From Mobula hypostoma (lineage: Eukaryota), in assembly GCF_963921235.1 (NCBI RefSeq), contig NC_086108.1:112098001-112162000 (forward strand): a DNA stretch of 64,000 nucleotides. The letters run 5' to 3'. Of the stretch, positions 1 to 12,185 are shown one piece after another. Under the pieces are notes generated by a model, which was given only the letters and a program-made list of their open reading frames with translations, did no database searches and was not told where the DNA came from. The translations under genes were made by a program, and so were the position numbers. The stretch's first letter is position 1; each line of letters opens with the position of its first letter.

Positions 1-631
1 CTCGCTGAAGACTCACGAGCCAAAGACTCGCACTTCTGTCACAAGGCACTTCCCTCGACAAGCCGCTCCCCTAGATCGAGCCTCGCTTATATTAGCTGAT
101 AATTTGAGTAATTCGCTTCACCTGCCGCGCCTCCTCCGACCCGGAAGCACCGGAGATCCGAGGGTTACCTTTCGGTGAGTCCTCCACCAACACAAATCCC
201 CATCAGAAAAAAGAGCAGGAACAGGCCATTCGGCCCATCAACCCAGCACGTTCCTCTCCCCAATGACAGTCTCCATTCTCTGTGATTCTGAGGGTCCTTC
301 CAACTATAACCCCATCCCCTTTGCTCATCCACAGAATTAATTCCTCTCCATATGGGAAACCCTCGCCCCTGGTCTGATTAGCCTGATACACACTATCCTG
401 AACTCTACAAATATATAGTCAAATATCCAGCAGTTTTTGCCACAGGAAAGGCCAGCAAAGAGCTCTCAGTCAACACCTTAGATTGATAGATGAGCAATGT
501 ATCGAACCTTCCAGTCTGCAAGGCAATACAGAGAGATTTTAGGCTTGGCATGTTAGTCTCAAAAGCCCATTGGAGCTGAATTTTCCAAAGTTTCTCCTGA
601 GTCTGATGCTGGAAATTTCAACCCCTCTCCT

Positions 632-1415
632 TCAGACCCACACCGGGAGCACAGTGTACAATTCCCATCTCTGTACCCCTCGGTCAGATCCACACTGGGA
701 ACACAGTGTACAATTCCCATCTCTGTATCCCTGGGTCATTCTCACATCAGGAACACATACAGTTCTCATCTCTGTACCCCTGGGTCAGACCCACATTGGG
801 AACACACTGTACAGTTCCCATCTCTGTACCCCTCGGTCAGATCCACACAGGGAACACAGTGTACAGTTCCTATATCTGTACCCCTGGGTCAGACCCACAT
901 TGGGAACACAGTGTACAATTCCCATCTCTGTACCCCTCGGTCAGATCCACACTGGGAACACAGTGTACAATTCCCATCTCTGTATCCCTGGGTCATTCCC
1001 ACATCAGGAACACATACAGTTCTCATCTCTGTACCCCTGGGTCAGACCCACATTGGGAACACACTGTACAGTTCCCATCTCTGTATCCCTCGGTCAGATC
1101 CACACAGGGAACACAGTGTACAGTTCCTATCTCTGTACCCCTGGGTCAGACCCACATTGGGAACACAGTGTACAATTCCCATCTCTGTACCCCTCGGTCA
1201 GATCCACACTGGGAACACAGTGTACAATTCCCATCTCTGTATCCCTGGGTCATTCCCACATCAGGAACACATACAGTTCTCATCTCTGTACCCCTGGGTC
1301 AGACCCACATTGGGAACACACTGTACAGTTCCCATCTCTGTATCCCTCGGTCAGATCCACACCGAGAACACAGCGTACAGTTCCCATCTCTGTATCCCTG
1401 GGTCATTTCCACACT
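632..1415. repeat. Minisatellite with a 52-bp monomer organised as a 257-bp five-monomer higher-order repeat (about 3 copies)
   Basis: Monomer resembles TCAGATCCACACTGGGAACACAGTGTACAATTCCCATCTCTGTACCCCTCGG. A 49-bp variant starting TCATTC recurs at 736, 993 and 1250. Confidence 0.93.
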
Positions 1416-2211
1416 GGTAGCACCACACAGACACAGCAGAAGAAGGTGATTCTGTGTGGAGAGATCCCGGGACACTGACTTTCTGCACCCTAACCACTCC
1501 CTCCCATGTCCAGACCCAGAGACTCTCCATCACCTCCAGACAGACTCTGTACCGGGAGGAATTCTTCGGAACATTCGGATGTGGATCACACATTTCGCTG
1601 AAGTAACACCGACACCCCTGGAATATGCAGCCAGGGGTGACAGTAGGCACAGAGACGACAGAGGTGTTTAAAAGTCTCAGACCGGCACATGATCTCCCCC
1701 ACATTCATATCCCAGATACCCCTGTCCCTCCCCATTCTCACTCCACACCACAGACTTGGTCTGATCCTCCTAACACCCCACCGGCCCTTTTCCTCAGCTG
1801 CTCCCTCCTCACCTCCTCGCACTGACTGCCCAATCCCCCCTCCACACTCTCAGTCCCAACACAGGCCTCCTGACCCCGAAACGTCAAGTGTCCCTCTGCC
1901 TCCACAGATGACGTGTGGACAACTGAGACCCTCCAGTGGGTACACGAGAGATGCTGATGCTGGAATCAGGAACAACACCGAGACTCTGTAACCCTTCACT
2001 GATAAGCAGAGGTGTAGGGGCCTGAGGGGGTTATGGAGAGAGGGAGGGGAGTAGGGCTGGATGGGGTTTACAGAGATAGAGAGGGAGTTTAGAGGCATAT
2101 ATATATATATATCAATATACACACATACAGAGAGAGGAGTGGTGTAGGGGATTGAGGGGGGTTCCACACAAACACACACACACATATACACGGTGTAGGG
2201 GATTGAAGGGT

Positions 2212-2255
<44 letters not shown>

Positions 2256-2282
2256 CACACACACACACACACGCGCACACAC
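2212..2282. repeat. (CA)n microsatellite
   Basis: Long, nearly perfect CA run. Confidence 0.97.
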
Positions 2283-3407
2283 GAAAGAGAGTTAAGAGAG
2301 GTCATTGGATCATTGGAAGATGACACTGGAGAGGTATTAATGGGGGATGACAAATTGTGGATGAACTCAGTGAGTAGTTTGTGTTGGTCTCCATCTGGAA
2401 GACACCTGCAACATGGCAGAAATTCAAGATTATCAGGGAGTAAAAGTGAGTGCAGTTGCTATTATTAAAGAGAAGTTCCTTGCATAGCTAAAGCAGACAT
2501 GTCACCTAAACCAGGTGATGTACACACCAGGGTTCTGATAGAGGTGGCTGAAGAGATTGTGGAGGTATTAGTAATGATATTTCAAGAATTCCTAAATTCT
2601 GGAATGGCCCTGAAAGACTGGGAATTTGCAAATGTCACATCCACTCTTAAAGCAGTGAGGAAGGCAGAAGAAAGGAGATTAGAGTCCAGTTAGCCTGACT
2701 TCAGCAATTGGAGTCCATTGTTAAGAATGAGATTTTGGGGTACTTGGAGGCACGTGATAAAAGAAGATGTAGTCTGCAAGGTTTATGTAAGAGAAAATTT
2801 GCCCGACAAATCTGTTTGGAATTCTTTGAAGAAATAACAAGCAGGATAGACAAAGGACGATTGGTAGACGTTGTATACTTGGATTCTCAGGAGGCTTGTG
2901 ACAAGGTGACACTCAAGAGGCTGCTAAGATAAGAGCTCATGGTATTACAAGAAAAGTACTAACACAGATAGATCATTGGCTGATTGGCAGCAGGCAAAGA
3001 GTGGGAATAAAGGGGGCATTTTCTGATTGGCTGCCGGTGACTAGTGGTGCTCCACAATGGTTCGTGTTGGGACCGCTTCTTTTCCCAATATATGTCAATG
3101 ATTTGGGTTATGGAACTGATGGCTTTGTGGACAATACAGAGATAGGTGGAGGGGCAGGTAGTTTTGAGGAAGCAGGGAGTCTACAGAAGGACTGGACAGG
3201 TTAGGAAAATGGGCAAAGAAGTGGCAGATGGAATACAGTGTGTGGAATTGTATGGTCATGCACTTTGGTGGGAGGAATAAAAGCAGAGACTATTTTCTGT
3301 ACAGCGAGAAATCTCAGATCAGAGGTTCAAAGGATCCTCATGCAGGATTCCCTCACAATTAACCTGCAGGTTGAGTTGGTGGCAAAGAAGGCAAATGCAA
3401 TGTTAGC
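2283..3407 (+). mobile_element. Old CR1 LINE ORF2 (RT) fragment, left part; interrupted by the Gypsy element
   Basis: Frameshifted RT motifs FFEEITSRIDKG..VDVVYLD and VTSGAPQ..VLGPLLF. The sequence resumes in register at 9982. Confidence 0.85.
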
Positions 3408-3605
3408 TGTTGCGTAAGTGGCCCGGTTACACAACAATGCTATTAATAAAAATGCTGGAGACGGGGGTTAAGTTTCATGGTTCTTTAGTGGCATAATCCA
3501 AACTCAGCACACTCGTACAGATCAATATGTGCCTAATAGCGCATGCAACGACATGTTACTAAAACATAAAGTAGTCCCTTATAATAACGTAGGCTATACG
3601 GTACA
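3408..3605 (-). repeat. Gypsy 3' LTR (198 bp), preceded by a polypurine tract
   Basis: PPT AAAAGAGGAGGAG (3606-3618, minus strand) lies immediately before TGTACC. Confidence 0.93.
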
Positions 3606-4620
3606 CTCCTCCTCTTTTATTTTAATGGTGTATTAACTGTTTTTTTTACTGGGGCACTATGCTAAACAAATATGTTTACCCTTAACATGCAAATGCCTAC
3701 CATTTGTTTACTTAGTAACTTAATAATATCAAATTATAACAAGCCTTTTTTTAAACTTTTGGTCTAAGACCCATTTATAACTCAAATCTCGGGGGGCGGG
3801 GGGGGGCGGGGGGGCGGTCTTCTCTGCCTCTCCGGGTAATGTCTGTCCTGAAACGTTTGCTTTGGGGAATGAGTCTCCACAGGTACATCAGGTGGGTCCT
3901 CAGCACTGATGACAGGCTTATCTGTGGATGAGGCTGATGTGGTCACATCAGGAGTGTTTGTTTCTATGTCATGGGAGTGCGGGCAAGGTGTTGTCGTGTT
4001 TTTCACCTGAGTATCCAGGATTTGATCTACATAACGTCTCCATACGTTCTCTCCAACCTGTACTCTATACACCAGTGGCCCGTCTATGGCGGAAATTGTA
4101 CCTGGATGACACTTTTCAGTCCGGTAATCAGGCGCAAGAACTGACTGTCCCACACTGAGGCTCTGTGTTGACTTAACATTCAAGTGTTTGAACTGTCTGT
4201 TCTCCACATCACGCCATACATTTGATTTAAGAAGATCCATGCAGGACCTCAGGTTCCTGTTCAGAAACATCATTTGGAGTCTGATTAGTGGTTGCATGTA
4301 CTGCATTACGATAGGCAAGGAGGAAGTTGTCTATCTTGTGTTGCAGTGGTCGATTTCCACTGTCCATTGCCTTGATGGCTTTCTTGAATGTCTGCACAAA
4401 TCTTTCTGCCAAACCATTTGTGGATGGATGGTAAGGGGCAGATATAAAGTGCTTGATTCCATTGTTCTTCACAAAACTTTGGAATTGTTCAGAGACAAAT
4501 TGTCATCCATTGTCTGTGGAGATTTGTTCTGGTATGCCATTCCTGGTGAACATGGTCCTCAGAACTGTAATGGTCTTTTCTGATGTGGTTGACTTCATTT
4601 TGTTGGCCTCTGGCTATTTG

Positions 4621-5307
4621 AGGGGAGGGGAGGAGAAGATGGCGACGCGACGCAGTGTGTGCGGCCGCTCCGAAATTATATTGTATTTGTAAGTAGGTAC
4701 CGTGCACAATCCTGATTTGATGGAGACAGACGTGAGAAGCACGGAGGAACATCTGGAGAAACTTCTGAAATGCCTGCTTCGCTGCTGCTGCTACTGTGCG
4801 ATCGAGAATCTCTGGAGGGGAAGGCCCCAAATCCTTGGATTTGTCTACTGCCCATTGCTGGGGCCGGGGTCGAAGCGCTCGGCAGAGATGGTGCTCGGTG
4901 CTTGGTGTCGGAGGGCTGGTCAGAGGCTCGAAGTTTTCGGACGGACTCAAGAGTCGGCTGTGGTCGGGTGCTTCCAGGGTGCTGCATCGGCAAGTTTACG
5001 GCGCTGGAAGCTCATGACAGGGAGAGGTTTTTCTTCCTTCTCCGTCTGCGTGAGATGATGGGACTTTCGAGAGACTTTGAGACTTTTTTTTTACCGTGCC
5101 CATGGTCTGTTCTCTAACAAATTACGGTATTGCTTTGCACTGTTGTAATTATATGTTATAATTATGTGTTTTTTGTCAGCTTTTCAGTCAGTTTGTCTTG
5201 GGTATCTGTGATATCATTCTGGAGGAACATTGTATCATTTCTTAATGCATGCATTACTAAATGACAATAAAAGAGAACTGCGTGTCCTCATAATCTAATC
5301 TAATCTA
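4621..5307 (+). mobile_element. Non-autonomous non-LTR retroelement (about 690 bp) inserted in the Gypsy integrase
   Basis: Starts AGGGGAGGGGAGGAGAAGATGGCG, ends with AATAAA and a (TAATC)n tail. TSD ATTTG at 4616-4620 and 5308-5312. It splits the integrase AHSK-(W)PE motif. Confidence 0.75.
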
Positions 5308-5756
5308 ATTTGGAATGTGCCTCGACGGCGATTAAAAGATACAGTCCATGAATGGTCCAGCAAAGTCGATGTGCACTCATTGCCATGGTGATGAGGGCCA
5401 CTCCCATGGATGGAGAGGGGGTGTGGTGGTGTGTTCTGGATCTTTTGACATCCAGAGCAGTTCTTGGTCAAGTCCTCAATCTGTTTATCGATTCCTGGCC
5501 ACCACACATAGGCACGGGCAAGACTTTTCATCTTCAGGGTACCCAGGTGCCCTTTGTGCAGTTCCTCCAGCACTCTGGTGTGTAGCTTGGGAGGAATCAC
5601 AACTCGTGAGCCACACATTAGTGTTCCCTGACACACTGACGACTGCTCCTTCCTCGCTGAGAAGGCTGGAAACAGTGTGTTACCCCGCGCTGGCCATCCC
5701 TTTACCATGATGTCATACACTTTTGCAACGTAGGGTCATTGTGTGTTTCTCTTTCA

Positions 5757-6690
5757 CAGTCATAGTCATACTCATACTTTATTGATCCCGGGAGAAATTG
5801 GTTTTCGTTACAGTTGCACCATAAATAATTAAATATTAATAAAACCATAAATAGTTAAATAGTAATATGTAAATTATGCCAGGAAATAAGGGGACCAGCC
5901 TATTGGCTCAGGGTGTCTGACCCTCCAAGGGAGTTGTTGTAAAGTTTGATGGCCACAGGCAGGAATGACTTCCTATGACGCTCTGTGCTGCATCTCGGTG
6001 GAATGAGTCTCTGGCTGAATGTATTCCTGTGCCCAACCAGTACATTATGTAGTGGGTGGGAGACATTGTCCAAGATGGCATGCAACTTGGACAGCATCCT
6101 CTTTTCAGACACCACCGTCAGAGAGTCCAGTTCCTTCCCCACAACATCACTGGCCTTACGAATGAGTTTGTTGATTCTGTTGGTGTCTGCTACCCTCAGC
6201 CTGCTGCCCCAGCACACAACAGCAAACATGATCGCACTGGCCACCACAGACTCATAGAACATCCTCAGCATCGTCCGGCAGACGTTAAAGGACCTCAGTC
6301 TCCTCAGGAAATAGAGACGGCTCTGACCCTTCTTGTAGACAGCCTCAGTGTTCTTTGACCAGTCCAGTTTATTGTCAATTCGTATCCCCAGGTATTTGTA
6401 ATCCTCCACCATGTCCACACTGACCCCCTGGATGGAAACAGGGGTCACCGGTACCTTAGCTCTCCTCAGGTCTACCACCAGCTCCTTAGACTTTTCCACA
6501 TTAAGCTGCAGATAATTCTGCTCACACCCCTGTGATAAAGTTTCCTACCGTAGCCCTGTACTCAGCCTCATCTCCCTTGCTGATACATCCAACTATGGTA
6601 GAGTCATCCGAAAACTTCTGAAGATGACAAGACTCTGTGCAGTAGTTGAAGTCCGAGGTGAAAATGGTGAAGAGAAGGGGAGACAAGACA
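5757..6690 (-). mobile_element. Rex1/Babar-type LINE 3' fragment nested in Gypsy pol
   Basis: RT C-terminus LSPLLF...KFSDD...KSKELVVD...YKYLG...RLYFLRRL...SFLPVAIKLYN, with a (TGACTA)n-like tail. Confidence 0.85.
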
Positions 6691-9600
6691 GTTGTCTCAG
6701 TGAGGCTGTTTGTTACTGGTAATTGTTCAACTATTGTTGTGTGAAAGATCTCTGCTGAATCCATTTGTGTCGTTATCTCTGAAGTCAGCAGTGGTAAACG
6801 TGACAAGCCATCTGCTTTGCCATGTTGCTTGGTCCCCTTGTGTTCAATGTCATACCTGTGACCTCCTAAGAAAAGAGACCATCGCTGCAGCCTTTGTGCT
6901 GTCATCACTGGAATGCCTTTTCTTGGGTTGAAGATTGACACGAGAGGCTGATGGTCAGTCAACAGAGTAAACTTTTGGCCATACAGGTAGTGACTGAATT
7001 TCCTGACTCCCCACATGAGGCTTAGGGCCTCTGTCAAACTGTGCGTAGTTGCATTCAGCTGAAGTTAGCATTCTGGAGGCAAAGGCTATTGGTCTTTTTG
7101 AGCCATCTGGAAACTTGGGTGATAACACAGCTCCTATCCTATGGGGTGAGGCATCACAAGCTAGTTGGATTGGTAAGGAGGGGTCAAAGTGCGTGAGAAC
7201 CCCTTCTGAAGTTATGAGTCTTTTATTTTCTTGAAATGCTTTCTCACAGCTCTCAGTCCACTTCCACTGTGTCCCTGTCTGTAATAGTGCATTTAGTGGG
7301 TGTAGGACTGTGGATAGGTTAGGCAAGAACTTGTGGTAATAGTTTACTAGTCCAAGACATGCTCTCAGCTGAGACACATTTTCAGGTGGTGGTGCCTTTA
7401 AGCAACACTTCTATCTTGTCTTGAGACATGTGTAAGCCATCCTTGTTGATCACATACCCACAGTATGAGATTTCCTTTTTGAAAAACTCACATTTCTGTC
7501 AATTAGCTCTGAGCCCATATTCTCGTAACCTGGTGAGCGCTTGTTCAAGATTAGAAAGATGTTCGCCGTCATCTGTGCCGGTGCCAATGATGTCATCCAG
7601 GTAACACTGAGTCCCTGGAATCCCCTGCAGGACCTGGTCCATTGCCCTTTGCCAGATTGCAGGCGCTGATGCTATCCCAAACACCAACCTGTTGTACTGG
7701 TAAAGTTCTTTGTGTGTAGTTATTGTCAGGTATTTCTTGGATGCTTTATCGATTTCCGTTTGGAGATAAGCCTGGGTCAAATCGATTTTTGTGAATTGTT
7801 CCCCTCCTGACAGGGAAGCAAAGATGTCCTCAATACAGGGTAGGGGATTCTGTACTGTGCGGAGAACTGGGTTACTGTCTCCACATCTGCGCACCTTGCT
7901 TGGTTTTCCTGGTTTTGTGCTGGAGGTTTTCTTCATCACTGGAACAAAAGGCGTGGCCCATTCACTCCAATCCACCTTTGACAGGACCCCAGTCTGCTCC
8001 AGATTTTTCAGCTCTGCCTCTACTGTAGGACGGATTGCACATGGCACTGGCCTGGCTTTGTGAAATTTTGGAAATGCATTTTCCTCAATCTAAATCTTTG
8101 CTTTCATGCCTGAAGTGCTCCTATTCCTTTCATGAACACTTCCTCAGAGTCAGCAAGTATTTGTGACAGTCTCTCAGATGTAGCCTTGCTGCCCTCCTTT
8201 GCTGACGCATCTAGTGCCTTGATGGTGTACCGATCCAACTGGATTTTCCTGAGCCATTCACGTCCCAGCAATGGTGGTCCTCCATTTTTCAGTACAGCGA
8301 GGTTCAGCTGCTGTGTTTTGTATCCGTAGGTCACTGTCACTTAACTTTTGCCTTTGGGACGCACTTTCTGTCCTGTGTAAGTCTTTAGCAGTAGGTTAGT
8401 TCATTTCAGAGGTATGTGAGAAAACAGTCATTTGTAGTCATGTATAGAGATCACTGTTAAAGCTGAGCCTGTGTCCAACTCCATTTTCAACCTGACGCCT
8501 GCCACTCGTGGAGTGAACCATATTATTCTTCAATCATCTGTCTCTTTCACGCTGTAAAGTTGCAGACAAGACAATTCACTTTTGTCTGAGACATTTTCAT
8601 CAGAACTGCTTCTTTCATTTTGTGTACATTGTTGTATTTTCCTTTATGTTTCTCTGTATTTTACCCTTTTTCTGCTGTTTACTAGCTTTGCATACTCTGC
8701 CAGTGTGGCCCTGTTTGTCACAGTTTCTGCATTCTTTATCTTTAAACCAACAGTCATCAGGGTCATGTGCCATGTTCCCACAACGGTAACATTTCTTTCC
8801 TTCATTTCCGTTCAGTGACATTTTATTTGTAGCATGTTCCAGAGATTTTTGTTGCATCTCGAAAGCACCACATGTTACTGTTTCTGTTGATATTGCAATG
8901 CTCAGCATCTTCTCAAATGTAAGGTCTCTTTCACACAGAAGCTTCTTCTGGATGGTTTCACAGTGCATGCCACACACTAACCTGTCCCTCAATGCATCCG
9001 ATAGACCAGCCCCAAATTGACAATGTTCTGATAATTTGCGCAATTCAGCACAATATTCAGAAACGCTTTCATTTTTGCTCTGATTCCGTTTGTGAAATTT
9101 AAATCTTTCCGCAATGACCAGTGGTTTGGGGTTTAAATGCTGTTGGAGAGTGTCTACTATTTGCTTGAACGTTTTGTCAGCTGGCTTTTCAGGGGTTAAC
9201 AAGCTCCGTAGCAGCCCGTATGTTTTTGCTCCCATAATACTGAGTAAGACGCTGGTTTTCTTTTCATCATCAACACCGTTAGCCTCACAATACAACTCCA
9301 CTCTCTCAATGTAAATTGCCCAGTCTTCAATGCCACTATCAAATGCTGAAATGGTTCCAATCATCGTCATCTTTGTTATGCTAATTTAGCCCTGTTTTCC
9401 CCTTGTTTTCTTTTTGACTCACGAGTCCATTTTGCTAGCGCCACGAGCGCAATCTGTCTAGATGTGGGTGTGTTGCTCCTTTTTATCCATCTTCAGGGGC
9501 AGGCAGACCCTCAGCCCCTGGGGGTCAGCGCTGGTTGTGGTCTCTGCTGGACGTACTGCGGCTCCGACAGTGTCTCTTGGTCTCCCAACGTTCCCAACCC

Positions 9601-9740
9601 CGGCTGTGCTCCCGCTTCCTTTCAGACTGGCAGCCTCGCTCTGCTTCCTTCTTCCGCTCCTTGGCTCGTCCCTTGCGTTCTTCTTCCAAGTGTCGTTACC
9701 AATTAAAACATGGCGTTCCGATACGATGTAGGTTCATTAA

Positions 9741-9751
9741 CCTCGTCGCCA
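9741..9751 (-). other. Primer-binding site, probably tRNA-Ser(GCT)
   Basis: TGGCGACGAGG lies 3 nt after the 5' LTR and is complementary to the tRNA 3' end CCUCGUCGCCA. Confidence 0.75.
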
Positions 9752-9754
9752 ATT

Positions 9755-9976
9755 TGTTGTGTATGTGGCTGGGTTACACAACAATGTTATTAATAAAAAT
9801 GCTGGAGATGGGAGCTAAGTTTCATAGTTCTTTACTGGCATAATCCGAACTCGGCACACTCGTACAGATCAATATGTGCCTAATAGCCATGCTCAATACG
9901 TGCCTAATAGCGCATGCAACGATGAGTTACTAAAACATAAAGTAGTCTCTTATTATAATGCAGGCTATACAGTACA
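9755..9976 (-). repeat. Gypsy 5' LTR (222 bp)
   Basis: Direct repeat of 3408-3605, about 10% diverged by manual count, with an extra 24-bp internal duplication. Adjacent to the PBS. Confidence 0.93.
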
Positions 9977-9981
9977 TTAGC

Positions 9982-10310
9982 ACTCACTTCAAGAGTACTT
10001 GAATATTAAAGCAAAGATATAATGCTAAGGCCATTGGTCAGACCACACTTGGTATATTAAGAGCAGTTTTGGGCCCCTTATCGAAGAATAGCTGTGCTGG
10101 CATTGGAGAGTTCCAGGGGAGATGCATGAGACAAAAAGGGTTAACGTACACAGAGTGTTTGATGGCACAGGGACAAATGAGGTGGGATCTCACTGAAACC
10201 TACCAAATATTGAAAGGCCTGGATAGAATTTTATCTGTAGAGGATGTTTTCGATATTTGGACAGTCTAGGTCGAGAGGGCACAGCCTGAGAATACAAGGA
10301 CACACTTTAG
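9982..10310 (+). mobile_element. Old CR1 LINE, right part (continuation of 2283-3407)
   Basis: ANAMLA|...LEY...LVRPHL continues across the Gypsy TSD. Confidence 0.75.
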
Positions 10311-10367
10311 AACAGAGAAGGAGAGGGGCTGGAAGTGGTTACAGAGACAGGCAGGGATGTAGAGGCC

Positions 10368-11862
10368 ATATATAACCATATAACAATTACAGCACGGAAA
10401 CAGGCCATCTCGGTCCTTCTAGTCCGTGCCAAACTCTTACTCTCACCTAGTCCCACCGACCTGCACTCAGCCCATAACCCTCCATTCCTTTCCTGTCCAT
10501 ATAGCTGTCCAATTTAACTTTAAATGACAACATCGAACCTGCCTCAACCACTTCTGCTGGAAGCTCATTCCACACAGCTACCACTCTCTGAGTAAAGAAG
10601 TTCCCCCTTATGTTACCCCTAAACTTTTGCCCTTTAACTCTCAACTCATGTCCTCTTGTTTGAATCTCCCCCACTCTCAATGGAAAAGGCTCTATCTCTA
10701 TCTATCCCCCTCATAATTTTAAATACTTCTATCAAGTCCCCCCTCAACCTTCTACGCTCCAAAGAATAAAGACCCAACTTGTTCAACCTTTCTCTGCAAC
10801 TTAGGAGATGAAACCCAGGCAACATTCTACAAAATCTTCTCTGTACTTTCTCAATTTTGTTGACATCTTTCCTATAATTCGGTGACCAGAACTGTACACA
10901 ATACTCCAAATTTGGCCTTACCGATGCCTTGTACAATTTTAACATTACATCCCATCTCCTATACTCAATGCTAGCTTACCAAAAGCTTTCTTCACCACCC
11001 TATCCACATGAGATTCCACCTTCAGGGAACTATGCACCATTATTCCTAGATCCCCCTGTTCTACTGCATTCTTCAATGCCCTACCATTTACCATGTATGT
11101 CCCATTTTGCTTAGTCCTACCAAAATGTAGCACCTCACATTTATCAGCATTAAACTCCATCTGCCATCTTTCAGCCCACTCTTCTAACTGGCCTAAGTCT
11201 CTCTGCAAGCTTTGAAAACCTACTTCATTATCCACAACACCACTTATCTTAGTATCATCTGCATACTTACTGATCCAATTTACCACCCCATCATCCAGAT
11301 CATTAATGTATATGACAAACAACATTGGACCCAGTACAGATCCCTAAGGCACACCGCTACACACCGGCCTCCAACCTGACAAACAGTTACCCACCACTAC
11401 TCTCTGGTGTCTCCCATCCAGCCACTGCTGAATCCATTTTACTACTTCAATATTAATACCTAACAATTGAACCTTCCTAACTAACCTTCCGTGTGGAACC
11501 TTGTCAAAGGCCTTACTGAAGTCCATATAGACAACATCCATTGCTTTACCCTCATCAACTTTCTTAGTAAAATTCAATAAGATTTGTCAAACATGACCTT
11601 CCACGCACAAATCCATGTTGACTGTTCCTAATCAGACCCTGTCTATCCAGATAATTATATATACCATCCCTAAGAATACTTTCCATCAATTTACCCACCA
11701 CTGACATCAAACTCACAGGCCGATAATTACTAGGTTTACTCTTAGAACCCTTTTTAAACAATGGAACAACATGAGCAATACACCAATCCTCTGGCACTAT
11801 CCCTGTTTCTAATGACATTTGAAATATTTCTGTCAGAGCCCCTGCTATTTCCACTCTAACTT
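10368..11862 (-). mobile_element. CR1 LINE, 5'-truncated
   Basis: ORF2 pieces NYRPVSL, QHGF, YMDFSKAFDKVPH, YADD, VRPNLEYCVQFW, FFTQRVV, followed by a CR1 3' UTR and tail. Confidence 0.93.
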
Positions 11863-11868
11863 CCTAAC

Positions 11869-12185
11869 TTACAGAGACAGGGAGGGGTGTAGGGGCCAGA
11901 GGGGGTTACAGAGACAGGGAGGGGTGTTGGGGCCAGAGGGGGTTACAGAGACAGGGAGGGGTGTAGGGGCCAGAGGGGGTTACAGAGACAGGGAGGGGTG
12001 TTGGGGCTGGGGGGAGTGTTACAGAGACAGGGAGGGGTGTTGGGGCCGGGGGGGGGGGGGGTTACAGAGACAGGGAAAGATGTAGGGGCTGGAAGGGGTT
12101 ACAGAAACAGGGAGAGGGGTGTAGGAGCAGATGGGGTTATGAGGTGAGGAAGGTGAGTAGAGGCTAGAGGGGTTACAGAGAAGGT
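11869..12185. repeat. G-rich 37-bp minisatellite
   Basis: Unit TTACAGAGACAGGGAGGGGTGTAGGGGCCAGAGGGGG starts at 11869, 11906 and 11943, then degrades rightwards. Confidence 0.85.

Larger units (their letters stand above)
3408..9976 (-). mobile_element. Complete but decayed Gypsy/Ty3 LTR retrotransposon (gag-PR-RT-RH-INT) with two nested insertions
   Basis: TG...CA LTRs at 9755-9976 and 3408-3605; 5-bp TSD TTAGC at 3403-3407 and 9977-9981. Gag 8615-9370 has a CCHC knuckle (CYRCGNMAHDPDDC). RT has YLDD (7499-8047), RNase H has CDAS (6955-7377), integrase has H..H..C..C (5295-5720) and PYHPSTNGLAER (4227-4472). Confidence 0.96.

Noticed and set aside
570..1478. 302-, 247- and 169-aa overlapping ORFs
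   Set aside because: They are frame permutations of the 52/257-bp minisatellite, with non-ATG starts and no domain signature.
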